Positions 29,702 to 39,264 of a stretch of 64,000 nt of DNA are shown here, in pieces. The number at the start of each line of letters is the position of its first letter. Within the stretch, counting starts at the first letter, position 1. The DNA is from Gammaproteobacteria bacterium (lineage in GTDB: Bacteria > Pseudomonadota > Gammaproteobacteria > Eutrophobiales > Eutrophobiaceae). The stretch covers positions 192,001 through 256,000 of the forward strand of contig CBDEUK010000001.1 in assembly GCA_965243205.1 (NCBI GenBank). The letters run 5' to 3'. The notes under the pieces are model-generated. The model ran no database searches, was not told the DNA's origin, and worked only from the letters and a program-made list of their open reading frames with translations. The position numbers and the translations under genes were made by a program.

Positions 29702-30949
29702 ATGAAAATTGCAATTATAGGAAGTGGTATTTCAGGTTTAGGTGCTGCCTATTTACTCAACCCTGTCCATGACATTACCGTATTTGAAAAAAATGATTAT
29801 ATAGGCGGTCACAGTCGTACCCGAACTGTACGAATTGCTGATCAACAGATCCCTGTTGATACTGGATTCATTGTTTTTAATGATCAAAATTATCCTAATC
29901 TTTGTGCTTTATTTGAGTTATTAGACGTTCCCATTGAAAATAGTGATATGTCCTTTGGTGTAAGCATTAACCAGGGCGATTTGGAATACAGTTCCAATAA
30001 TATGTTGGCTCAAAAACGTAACTTATTCCGACCTAAATATTGGCGTATGTTAAAAGATGTTATTCATTTTAATAAACATGCTGAATCTTATTTAAATAGA
30101 TCAAACGAAGTTACATTAGAGCAATGTTTAAAAGAATTAAAATTAAGCGAATGGTTTAAACAATATTATCTACTTGCTATGGGGGCTGCAATATGGAGTT
30201 GTCCTGTAGAGACCATGTTAAAATTTCCAGCAAAAACATTCATACGCTTTTTTAAAAATCATGGCCTACTTACTATCAATCAACATCCACAATGGAAAAC
30301 TGTTTCAGGAGGTAGTCACGAATACATTAAACGATTAACAAAACCTTTCAGCGAAAAAATAAAGCTCAATTGTGGCGTAACTAATGTATACCTCGATGAA
30401 AACAAAATTAAAGTTGTGAATGAACAGAATGCAAGCGAAAATTTTGATCATGTAATATTTGCATGTCATGCAGACGAAGCATTGCAGATGATACAAAACA
30501 CTCCAAAAGAAATTTTTAGTGTTTTAAATCATTTTCAATATCAAAAAAATAAAATTATTTTACATTCAGATACAAGCTTCATGCCTAAAAACTTAAAATG
30601 TTGGTCTAGCTGGATTTATTTAAATGAAACTAATAATTCTAATAATAATGATGTTTCATTAAGTTATTGGATGAATAACTTACAAAATATCGATAAGAAA
30701 CATTCAATTATTATCACTTTGAATCCAGGTCGACAACCTGATACAAACCTAATACATGAAGAACATGAATTTTCCCATCCAATATTTACAAGCGATGCAA
30801 TTAATGCTCAAGAAGACATAAACAGTATACAAGGACAAAATAATTTATGGTTTTGTGGTGCCTATCAACGTTATGGTTTCCATGAAGATGGTTTATTAAG
30901 TGCTGTTAATTTAGTAAAAAAAATGGGTGTTAAAATTCCATGGCACTAA
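29702..30949 (+). CDS. FAD-dependent oxidoreductase (amine oxidase family; UfaD-like)
   Basis: GSGISG, VDTGFIVFN, SYWMNNLQ, YGFHEDG. Confidence 0.9.
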   Translation: MKIAIIGSGISGLGAAYLLNPVHDITVFEKNDYIGGHSRTRTVRIADQQIPVDTGFIVFNDQNYPNLCALFELLDVPIENSDMSFGVSINQGDLEYSSNNMLAQKRNLFRPKYWRMLKDVIHFNKHAESYLNRSNEVTLEQCLKELKLSEWFKQYYLLAMGAAIWSCPVETMLKFPAKTFIRFFKNHGLLTINQHPQWKTVSGGSHEYIKRLTKPFSEKIKLNCGVTNVYLDENKIKVVNEQNASENFDHVIFACHADEALQMIQNTPKEIFSVLNHFQYQKNKIILHSDTSFMPKNLKCWSSWIYLNETNNSNNNDVSLSYWMNNLQNIDKKHSIIITLNPGRQPDTNLIHEEHEFSHPIFTSDAINAQEDINSIQGQNNLWFCGAYQRYGFHEDGLLSAVNLVKKMGVKIPWH

Positions 30950-31713
30950 CACCTCAAATATTATTTGGTAACGTCATGCATAAACGACTTAAACCAACAA
31001 TCAATCAATTTAGATATTCTATATATTATCTTGCATTACCATTATCACAATTATCCAATATACCTATTGCTTACAATCGCCCTGGATTATTAAGCTTTTA
31101 TGATAAAGATCATGGCCTATGTGATGGCACTGATTTAAAACTATGGGCAAATGACATTTTAAAACAAAAAAATTTAGATTCTTCTATCGATGAAATTGTT
31201 TTGATCTGTATGCCACGAATTTTAGGTTATGTATTCAATCCAGTAAGCTTTTGGTTATGTTTTGATAAAGAAGAAAATTTAAAATGTGTATTGTGTGAAG
31301 TACACAATACATTCGGAGAAAAACATACCTATGTATGCAATAACTCTAACCTCAACAATATAAATCAAAGAAAAATGACAGCAAATAAAGTATTCCATGT
31401 TTCGCCTTTTTTAAAACGAGATGGAGAATATGAATTTGAATTTCGATGGGATAAAGATCATTTTTCGGCTTATATAGATTATTACAGTTCTGAAGGCAGA
31501 CATTTATTAACATCATTAACTGGAGAGTTCGAAAACTTAACTAGAAGCTCAATTTTCAAAGCACTATTAATGCACCCTCTTGTTACCTTAAAAACAATTG
31601 CACTAATACATTGGCAAGCTCTGAAACTCGTATTTAAAAAGATACGATATGTAAAAAAGCCTCAACAATTAGACAAAAAAATCAGTTTCACTCAAAACCT
31701 TAATAATAATTAA
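30940..31713 (+). CDS. DUF1365 protein (UfaO-like)
   Basis: VMHKR, PRILGYVFNPVSFW, EVHNTFGEKH, FHVSPF, IHWQALKL. Confidence 0.9.
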   Translation: MALTPQILFGNVMHKRLKPTINQFRYSIYYLALPLSQLSNIPIAYNRPGLLSFYDKDHGLCDGTDLKLWANDILKQKNLDSSIDEIVLICMPRILGYVFNPVSFWLCFDKEENLKCVLCEVHNTFGEKHTYVCNNSNLNNINQRKMTANKVFHVSPFLKRDGEYEFEFRWDKDHFSAYIDYYSSEGRHLLTSLTGEFENLTRSSIFKALLMHPLVTLKTIALIHWQALKLVFKKIRYVKKPQQLDKKISFTQNLNNN

Positions 31714-31729
31714 TTGTAGAGTAATCATT

Positions 31730-32920
31730 ATGATAATCACACACTCAGATAATCTTAAAATGCTTAATAAATCTACCGCACAGAAATTGCTTTCACATCT
31801 AGATAAACTAGAGAAAGGCAATCTAAAGCTAACCACTCCTGATGGCCAAAATTATGAGTTTTCTGGGAGCCAGCCAGGTTATTCTGCCAATATTATTGTC
31901 AATAAATGGACTGTATTTTCCAATATAGCCTTAAGAGGAGATATTGGGTTTGCTGAAGATTATCGTGATGGCAATTGGCACTCAAATAATGTCAAAGATT
32001 TAGTGTGTTTAATTTTAGATAACCGTTCTGCCCTCGATAAATACACCAAAGGCAATAAGCTTCTTTCATGGATAACAAAATTAGGTTACTTCTTTAATCG
32101 AAACTCGATTAAAGGCAGTAAAAATAACATCCACGCACATTATGATTTAGGCAATGATTTTTATTCATTATGGCTGGATGAAACAATGACTTACTCTTCA
32201 GCGATATATAAACATCCAAATGAATCGATTGAAGATGCCCAACTAAATAAATACGATAGAATCATAGAACGTTTAAATACTAATTCAGGTAACTTACTCG
32301 AAGTTGGTTGTGGATGGGGAGGGTTTTCTGAACGTTGCTTAGAAAAACAAGATAGAGATATTAAAGGCATTACCCTTTCCGAAGAACAATATGACTTTGC
32401 AAAAAAAAGATTATTCACACGAGCTAATATTCGATTAGAAGACTACCGTCATCAAAATCGTAAATATGACAACATTGTATCAATAGAAATGTTTGAAGCT
32501 GTTGGTGAAAAATATTGGCAAACCTATTTCGGAAAATTAAAACAATTACTGAAACAAAAAGGTAATGCCATTATTCAAACGATAACCATCAATGATAATG
32601 ATTTCCCTCGCTATCGAAACACCAGCGATTTTATTAGAAGTTATATATTTCCTGGCGGCATGCTGCCCTGCCCTAGTGTGTTTAAACAACAAGCTGAAAA
32701 AGCTGGGTTTAAAGCCTATGATGAATTCAGTTTTGGTCAAGACTATGCAAAAACATTGGATCAGTGGCTTCATGCATTTGATAAAAAAGAACCTGAACTA
32801 AAAAATTTAGGCTTTGATGATAAATTCATGCGTCTTTGGCGTTTTTATTTAGCAGCGTGTTATGCAGGTTTTAAAACTAATCGTACTGATGTTATACAGG
32901 TTCAACTTTGTCATGCGTAA
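31730..32920 (+). CDS. cyclopropane-fatty-acyl-phospholipid synthase family SAM methyltransferase (UfaM-like)
   Basis: HYDLGNDFY, MTYSSA, LEVGCGWG, SIEMFEAVG, YIFPGGML. Confidence 0.93.
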   Translation: MIITHSDNLKMLNKSTAQKLLSHLDKLEKGNLKLTTPDGQNYEFSGSQPGYSANIIVNKWTVFSNIALRGDIGFAEDYRDGNWHSNNVKDLVCLILDNRSALDKYTKGNKLLSWITKLGYFFNRNSIKGSKNNIHAHYDLGNDFYSLWLDETMTYSSAIYKHPNESIEDAQLNKYDRIIERLNTNSGNLLEVGCGWGGFSERCLEKQDRDIKGITLSEEQYDFAKKRLFTRANIRLEDYRHQNRKYDNIVSIEMFEAVGEKYWQTYFGKLKQLLKQKGNAIIQTITINDNDFPRYRNTSDFIRSYIFPGGMLPCPSVFKQQAEKAGFKAYDEFSFGQDYAKTLDQWLHAFDKKEPELKNLGFDDKFMRLWRFYLAACYAGFKTNRTDVIQVQLCHA

Positions 32921-33428
32921 ATACTTTATTATTCTTCTATTATTTTTCAGCCTTCAACCAAACGTTGTACTCAGCAATGACAACATAGTCAGTTATGTGC
33001 CTGAAGCAAAACGAGTTGGCGGTGGTCGTTTATCATTTTTATTTTGGGATGTTTACGACATAACGCTTTATGCACCTAAAGGAAGTTGGCAGCAAGATAA
33101 ACCTTTCGCTATCGAGCTTTCCTACTTGATGGATATAGAAGCTAGAAAGATTGCTGACCGCTCAATTGAAGAAATGCGTAAACAAGGTATTAAAGATGAA
33201 ATAAAACTTGCAACTTGGCATAACCAAATAAGTAAAATATTTCCTGATGTTAGTGAAGGAATTAAATTAGTTGGCATTTGTACAAAGAATGGAGAGAGCA
33301 TTTTCATGAGGGATGGTGAAATTATTGGAAGAATATCTGATGAAGAATTCAGTGAAGCCTTTTTTAATATATGGCTAGGTGAAAAAACCAGCGCACCTGA
33401 TTTACGTAGCCAATTATTAGGTGACTAG
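32913..33428 (+). CDS. chalcone-isomerase-like exported protein
   Basis: signal peptide, FWDVYDITLY, FFNIWLGEKTSAPDLR. Confidence 0.8.
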   Translation: MRKYFIILLLFFSLQPNVVLSNDNIVSYVPEAKRVGGGRLSFLFWDVYDITLYAPKGSWQQDKPFAIELSYLMDIEARKIADRSIEEMRKQGIKDEIKLATWHNQISKIFPDVSEGIKLVGICTKNGESIFMRDGEIIGRISDEEFSEAFFNIWLGEKTSAPDLRSQLLGD

Positions 33429-34750
33429 TGAACACAAATTCGCTATTAAAATCTGAACTGTTTCAATACAGTTTTATTGCTTTACCGTTGGCTTTTGCAG
33501 GCTTGCCACTTTATATCAATGCACCAGATTTTTACGTCCGTGAATTTGCCATTAATATCGGAACCATTGGTTATATTCTCCTGATCATTCGTTTATTTGA
33601 TGCGTTTCAAGATCCATTCATAGGTTTTTTATCCGATAAATTTCATAAAAAACGACATATGATTGTTACAACGGGTGTTCTAATACTGGCTATTGGAATT
33701 AGTGGCATCTTTTATGGGCCTATCGGTCAAACAAGTGCAACTTTATGGTTTATTGTTTCAATGTTATTGGCAACAACTGGTTTTAGTATTTGCTCAATCA
33801 ATCTAAACCAAATTGGTGGCTTTTGGAAAGAAGAACCCGAGCAAAGAACTATTATAGCCGCTTGGAGAGAAAGTTTTGCATTACTTGGTTTACTATTAGC
33901 TGCACTATTACCAACACTTCTGCAAATAAAATTCCCCACAAATATTGCATATGAATTTCTTAATATTATTTTCCTATTTTTAATTTTTATAGGATTGGCT
34001 TTACTTTCTGTATTTTTACTAAACACAAACAAATTTATAGAAAAAACACAGCCCGTATATATCAGCTTTCAATTCTTAAGGTTATTTAAAGGAAAAAATT
34101 CTCTTTTCTTCTTAGTTTGTTTTTTATCTCAATTAGCATCTGCATTGCCTGCAGTTTTAGTGCTATTTTTTATTCGTGATTATTTAAATTTAGAGCACTT
34201 ATCAAGTTTATTTTTATTTTTATATTTTGTTTCAGGAATTGCATTTATCTCGGTCTGGGTAAAGCTAAGTTATCAGTTTGGAAAAATGAATACATGGCTT
34301 TTATCAATGTTACTGAGTGTTATAGCTTTTGCTTGGGTATTTATATTATCACCTGGCGATTCCATGTTATATGGGATTATATGTGTACTTTCAGGTATTT
34401 CATTAGGTGCCGACCTTGCATTGCCTCCATCTATTTTAGCTGATCGGGTAACGCTTCAGAAATCTCAACCAATTTCTACGCAATATTTTGCAGCATTTGG
34501 ATTTATACCCAAACTTACCATCTCAATTGCGAGTGGCATTGCATTCATTACATTAGATTCTATTGGTTTTAGTACTGATAATGTTAATACTGAAACTGCT
34601 TTATTTGGTCTGTTAATACTTTACAGCCTATTACCATGCTTTTTTAAACTATTAGCAATTATTACTTTATTTATCTTGCAAAAACATGAAGGTGATGATT
34701 ATGCAAATTATGAGAGGAGTTATCGCGATGGCAATTTTAACATTTATTAA
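33428..34750 (+). CDS. MFS (GPH-like) transporter
   Basis: about 12 TM segments, RLFDAFQDPFIGFLSD, LGADLALPP. Confidence 0.88.
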   Translation: MNTNSLLKSELFQYSFIALPLAFAGLPLYINAPDFYVREFAINIGTIGYILLIIRLFDAFQDPFIGFLSDKFHKKRHMIVTTGVLILAIGISGIFYGPIGQTSATLWFIVSMLLATTGFSICSINLNQIGGFWKEEPEQRTIIAAWRESFALLGLLLAALLPTLLQIKFPTNIAYEFLNIIFLFLIFIGLALLSVFLLNTNKFIEKTQPVYISFQFLRLFKGKNSLFFLVCFLSQLASALPAVLVLFFIRDYLNLEHLSSLFLFLYFVSGIAFISVWVKLSYQFGKMNTWLLSMLLSVIAFAWVFILSPGDSMLYGIICVLSGISLGADLALPPSILADRVTLQKSQPISTQYFAAFGFIPKLTISIASGIAFITLDSIGFSTDNVNTETALFGLLILYSLLPCFFKLLAIITLFILQKHEGDDYANYERSYRDGNFNIY

Positions 34751-35231
34751 TGCGTGCTCTATGACACCACTTGAACAATACTCTGAACAAGAACCCACAT
34801 TGGATCTTCAAGAATACTTCACAGGAGAAATAAAGGCTTGGGGTTTAATACAAGATCGAAAAGGCAAAGTGACAAGACGTTTTGATGTTGTTATGAATGG
34901 AACATGGGATGATAATATCGGAACGTTAAAAGAGGATTTCCAATATTATGATGGTGAACAACAAAAAAGGATATGGACGATAAAAAAAATCGACAATGAT
35001 AATTACGAAGGGACTGCTGGTGATATTATTGATAAAGCAACTGGACAGTTAAATGGTAATGCTATGCGCTGGGCTTATCAAATGAACCTTGATGTTGGCG
35101 ATAAAACCTATCGAATTACTTTCGATGACTGGATGTTTCTTATGAACGATGGCGTACTGATTAACCGATCTTATTTGAAAAAATTTGGTATCACTGTAGC
35201 TGAGCTAACCTTATTCATGCAAAAACAATAA
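34701..35231 (+). CDS. DUF3833 family lipoprotein
   Basis: INAC lipobox, DLQEYFTG, FDDWMFLM, KFG. Confidence 0.85.
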   Translation: MQIMRGVIAMAILTFINACSMTPLEQYSEQEPTLDLQEYFTGEIKAWGLIQDRKGKVTRRFDVVMNGTWDDNIGTLKEDFQYYDGEQQKRIWTIKKIDNDNYEGTAGDIIDKATGQLNGNAMRWAYQMNLDVGDKTYRITFDDWMFLMNDGVLINRSYLKKFGITVAELTLFMQKQ

Positions 35232-35237
35232 TTATTT

Positions 35238-35978
35238 ATGTCTGCTGATAAAAAAAATTACTGGATTATTGGCGCTAGCAGTGGCATAGGAAAAGCATTA
35301 GCATTTGAGCTAGATAAACAAGGCTATAATTTAATTTTATCTGCAAGAAGAAAAAAATTACTCGAAGATATTAATAACCAACTAAGCAGATCACATAATA
35401 TTTTAGAACTCGATATTTCGAACATAGATTCGATTCAATCATCTATTCAAAAAATAGAATTAACATATGATAATTTGGATAGTGTTATATTTATGGCCGG
35501 TATCTATGCTCCCACATCTATTGAAGACATGAATGTAGCCGATGCAAAAAATATTATTGATATTAATTTTACTGGTTGCGTTAATTTCGTTCATCATGTA
35601 TTACCGATTTTAAAAAAACAGCAACAGGGTCAAATAGCTATCTGCTCCAGTGTCGCCGCATATAGAGGATTACCTAATGGACAAATCTATTCTGCTACTA
35701 AAGCAGCTCTTACTAATTTTACTGAAAGCCTAAAATTAGAAATGAAAGAATATGATATCGATGTGAAGCTTATAAGCCCTGGTTTTGTAAAAACACCAAT
35801 GACAGATAAAAATAATTTCAAAATGCCAATGATGATAGAACCAGAACAGGCAGCTTCTGAAATTGCTAAAGGATTGAATTCAAATGCTTTTGAAATTCAT
35901 TTTCCCAAACGTTTCACTTTTCTAATAAAATTACTCTGCCTTCTTCCATATTTTATATATTTCAGACTCATACGCTAA
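35238..35978 (+). CDS. short-chain dehydrogenase/reductase
   Basis: GASSGIG, YSATK catalytic motif, PGFVKT. Confidence 0.92.
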   Translation: MSADKKNYWIIGASSGIGKALAFELDKQGYNLILSARRKKLLEDINNQLSRSHNILELDISNIDSIQSSIQKIELTYDNLDSVIFMAGIYAPTSIEDMNVADAKNIIDINFTGCVNFVHHVLPILKKQQQGQIAICSSVAAYRGLPNGQIYSATKAALTNFTESLKLEMKEYDIDVKLISPGFVKTPMTDKNNFKMPMMIEPEQAASEIAKGLNSNAFEIHFPKRFTFLIKLLCLLPYFIYFRLIR

Positions 35979-35994
35979 TCATATCTAAACATTT

Positions 35995-36861
35995 CTATGC
36001 TGCCTTTTGCTTATTTATTTTCATCTCAAATAGAACCAAACCTATTAATATTAAAATGGTTCCTAATATAATAGAAATAGTAATTGCTTCATTATTTAAT
36101 ATGTGACCTAGGTATAAACTGCTAACAGGTGTGATTAAACTAATTAAAGATACTCTTACAGGATCTAATTTTTGTAATATAAAATAATATAAAGAAAAAC
36201 CTATTGCAGTTGCAATGACTCCCAAATAAATAATTGATGCCGTTGTTTTATAGGAGAACGATGCAACAGACTCGTCCGCCATATAAAATGTAAATATAAA
36301 CAATGGAACAGCAATCATTAAACCCCCATAGGTTGATTCAATACCAGATATCGGTGCATTAACTTTTTTAATAAATACCGCACTTAATGAATGTGCAAAT
36401 GTGCTTAAAAGCATAAGTAAAATTCCAAAGCCTGCATGCTCACCAAAATCATTACTACCGCCAAAAATTAGAACTAAACCCATGAGACCTAAACCCATAC
36501 CTGATAATTTTTTAGTCGTTAGATGATTTTCATTTAACACATAAGCAGAAGCGATCCCTGTTATGATTGGTGATAAACCAAATAAGACAGAAACCCAACC
36601 AGTAGGTATGTATTGAACACTGTAATAGACCAAAGACATTGCAATATAGATTCCGAGTCCAGCACAGATATAAGCTAAATAAGCTTTTTTTGAATAATTT
36701 AAATTCTGACGTGTAACAAAGAATATAAACATCAAACTTAACAAACCTATAAGCATACGCGATGTTACGCCGAACATAACGCCACTTTGACTACTCCAAT
36801 AGACAGCCAATGGCGTTGTGCTCCAGATTATAATGACACTTAAATAGGCTAATTTAATCAT
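35995..36861 (-). CDS. EamA/DMT family transporter (probable amino-acid/metabolite exporter)
   Basis: about 10 TM segments in two EamA repeats, IIWSTTPLAV start, AGGA RBS. Confidence 0.9.
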   Translation of the reverse strand: MIKLAYLSVIIIWSTTPLAVYWSSQSGVMFGVTSRMLIGLLSLMFIFFVTRQNLNYSKKAYLAYICAGLGIYIAMSLVYYSVQYIPTGWVSVLFGLSPIITGIASAYVLNENHLTTKKLSGMGLGLMGLVLIFGGSNDFGEHAGFGILLMLLSTFAHSLSAVFIKKVNAPISGIESTYGGLMIAVPLFIFTFYMADESVASFSYKTTASIIYLGVIATAIGFSLYYFILQKLDPVRVSLISLITPVSSLYLGHILNNEAITISIILGTILILIGLVLFEMKINKQKAA

Positions 36862-36881
36862 ATCAGTCCTTTTTTATGGCG

Positions 36882-36917
36882 AAAAAAAAGGCCGCTAGGA
36901 AAACCTGCGGCCTTTTT
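36882..36917 (-). terminator. intrinsic terminator in the 5' leader of the EamA gene (attenuator)
   Basis: minus strand AAAAAGGCCGCAGG-TTTT-CCT(A)GCGGCC-T8, ending 20 nt before the EamA ATG. Confidence 0.88.
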
Positions 36918-36940
36918 GTTGGAATTCTAATTTAGTTATT

Positions 36941-37021
36941 TCAACACAAACACGCAGGCACCACTGATCGCTTGACCAGTAGCCAACAAATTGCTCGTCG
37001 TTTTGAAGTTGAAAAAATCAT
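36941..37021 (-). CDS. putative leader peptide MIFSTSKRRAICWLLVKRSVVPACLC (26 aa)
   Basis: 81-nt ORF from ATG to TGA between promoter and terminator; its 3' end is complementary to the terminator 5' arm. Confidence 0.7.
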   Translation of the reverse strand: MIFSTSKRRAICWLLVKRSVVPACLC

Positions 37022-37028
37022 GGCGCGG

Positions 37029-37056
37029 ATTCTACATTTAGAATCCTATTTGTCAA
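37029..37056 (-). promoter_or_regulatory. sigma70 promoter for the leader and EamA gene
   Basis: TTGACA-N16-TAGAAT, then GC-rich CCGCGCC and the ATG at the expected +1. Confidence 0.75.
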
Positions 37057-37233
37057 TAAAACAAACTGCATTGCTAATAAATCAAATGCATAACAATTCA
37101 TCACTCGCATGCTTCAATATTTATGTTTACCTACTAAGTTGTGATGTTTGCAATACTGTATTTTTAATTAATTTATAAGATTGAAAACGATTGTATTTTG
37201 ATTAAAAAATCGGCTCTATAAGCCATATTTTAT

Positions 37234-37260
37234 TAAATATTTTTAAGAATTATCCGATAT
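37234..37260 (+). promoter_or_regulatory. putative sigma28 (FliA) promoter
   Basis: TAAA-N15-TCCGATAT versus consensus TAAA-N15-GCCGATAA; the downstream operon ends in a chemoreceptor. Confidence 0.5.
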
Positions 37261-37339
37261 TAATTGAATAATGGTGATTTATGTAAATGACCTAAACTTT
37301 TCACCAAATTTTATGCTTTTCTAATTGGTAGTCGAAAAA

Positions 37340-38461
37340 ATGAGACTAAAAATACCTAGTAAAATCAATTATTTACTATTTTCACTCTTATTCTCGTCTA
37401 CATCTCCAATTAAGGCTGACTATCTAGAGGAAAATGTCTCGCCTGGGCATGCAACTATGCAGGAATGGTTGTTACCCAAAACACCACCTCATCCAGAAGA
37501 TAACAAACCAACGGCCGCAAGGATTGAGCTGGGTAAAATGCTCTTTTTTGATAAACGATTGAGCGGTAACGGGGATATGTCATGTGCTACTTGCCATAAC
37601 CCTGTACTTGGTTGGTCTGATGGTTTGCCAACTGCTAAGGGGTTCAATGATGAAGTACTTGAAAGAGCTAGCCCAACTGTTATCAATAGCGCATACAACT
37701 CAATACAAATGTGGGATGGCCGGAATAAGTCATTGGAAGAACAAGCGCTCGGACCTATCACAAGTAAAACTGAAATGAACATGGAAATAGCAAAATTAAT
37801 TAATTGGTTAAATGGAAATCAAAACTACGTAAACGCATTCCAAAAAGCTTATCCAAACAGAGAAATAAACATTCAAACAGTTGCTATGGCTATAGCATCA
37901 TTTGAAAGAACCATCATTAGTAATAATTCAGCTTTTGATTTTTGGGTTAAAGGCGATAAGAAAGCTATGACGAAACAGCAAGTACAAGGATTTAAAGTAT
38001 TTCTTGATCCGAACAAAGGCAACTGCGCTGCTTGTCATCTTGCACCCAATTTTACAGATGATGGATTTCATAATATTGGTTTGCAATCTTTTGCAGAAGA
38101 AAACCCAGATTTAGGTCGTTATGAACAAAAACCAGTAAAACTGATGAAAGGAGCATTCAAAACTCCCACTCTAAGAAACATCGCCTTAACAGCACCTTAT
38201 TTTCATGACGGTTCTGCGAAAAATTTAGAAGAAGTCATTGATCATTATATAGAAGGTGGAATTACAAAAAGTAACCTGTCACCTAATATGAAAACACTTT
38301 CGATAAACGATGAAGAAAAACAGGCTTTAATCGCTTTTTTACAAGCATTAACTACCAAACAGGAATCAATAGCATTGCCTCATCTTCCAGAAGACCATGT
38401 TATAGATAAAAACACAACCATGCATAGTTCTATTACTAACAACATCAAAAAAGGTAAATAA
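37340..38461 (+). CDS. diheme cytochrome c peroxidase/MauG family protein
   Basis: LGKMLFFDKRLS, CATCH, QMWDGR, CAACH, FKTPTLRN, APYFHDGS; ATG 37340 with signal peptide. Confidence 0.92.
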   Translation: MRLKIPSKINYLLFSLLFSSTSPIKADYLEENVSPGHATMQEWLLPKTPPHPEDNKPTAARIELGKMLFFDKRLSGNGDMSCATCHNPVLGWSDGLPTAKGFNDEVLERASPTVINSAYNSIQMWDGRNKSLEEQALGPITSKTEMNMEIAKLINWLNGNQNYVNAFQKAYPNREINIQTVAMAIASFERTIISNNSAFDFWVKGDKKAMTKQQVQGFKVFLDPNKGNCAACHLAPNFTDDGFHNIGLQSFAEENPDLGRYEQKPVKLMKGAFKTPTLRNIALTAPYFHDGSAKNLEEVIDHYIEGGITKSNLSPNMKTLSINDEEKQALIAFLQALTTKQESIALPHLPEDHVIDKNTTMHSSITNNIKKGK

Positions 38462-38510
38462 TCTTGATAAAAGATAACTCTTAAATGATACACATATAGG
38501 AATTTTAATT

Positions 38511-38834
38511 ATGAACACATTGGAAAAGATATACATAACGGCAGCTGTGTTTCTGCTTTGTAATCAATACGTATTAGCTGAAGAATATGAAGTTGGTCAA
38601 TTAAATAAAGCTTTCACAACAGAATCATTGACGATAAAAAAAGGCGACACTATAAGCTTTGTTAATCATGATGATTTTTTTCACAATATATTTAGCTTAT
38701 CAGATACAGCAAGTTTTGATTTAGGCTCTTATCCAAAAGGTGAAGCGAAATCTTATACATTCGATACTGCAGGAGAAGTCGTTATTGAATGTGCCATTCA
38801 TCCAGATATGAAGCTAAAGATTACTGTCGAGTAA
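38511..38834 (+). CDS. cupredoxin (type 1 blue copper protein)
   Basis: signal peptide, HNIFS and C-x2-H-x2-M (CAIHPDM) ligand set. Confidence 0.85.
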   Translation: MNTLEKIYITAAVFLLCNQYVLAEEYEVGQLNKAFTTESLTIKKGDTISFVNHDDFFHNIFSLSDTASFDLGSYPKGEAKSYTFDTAGEVVIECAIHPDMKLKITVE

Positions 38835-38841
38835 TCAAACC

Positions 38842-39264
38842 ATGAAAACTTTATTAATTCTTCTTACTTTGTCTATAAGTTGTTGGCCTTTAGTGGTTAA
38901 CAGCGAACTCTATGCTATTACAGAAAGTAATTCATTCAACACGAATAAAGTGGAAATGATAAAAGATATAAAAAAAGTTCATATTAAATCTGGTTTAGAA
39001 ATAGGAAAAAATATATATACAGTTCGTTGTGCAATTTGCCATGGAGAAAACGGTGAAGGTGATGGCAAAATGACCAAGATAATTTATGACCCATCACCAG
39101 CAAACCTTACAACCAGCACATTAACGGACGAAGATATGCAACTAATTATTCATGAAGGTGGTGAAGCTGTTGGACGCTCATATCATATGCCGCCTTGGAA
39201 AGATGAATTATCTAAGTCAGAAATATTCAGTGTTATGAACTATATAAAAGCATTAAGACAATGA
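38842..39264 (+). CDS. monoheme c-type cytochrome
   Basis: signal peptide, CAICH, MPPW distal Met. Confidence 0.88.
   Translation: MKTLLILLTLSISCWPLVVNSELYAITESNSFNTNKVEMIKDIKKVHIKSGLEIGKNIYTVRCAICHGENGEGDGKMTKIIYDPSPANLTTSTLTDEDMQLIIHEGGEAVGRSYHMPPWKDELSKSEIFSVMNYIKALRQ

Noticed and set aside
36972-37178. 68-aa plus-strand ORF in the track
   Set aside because: TTG start without an RBS, antisense to the leader and promoter, no recognisable motif.
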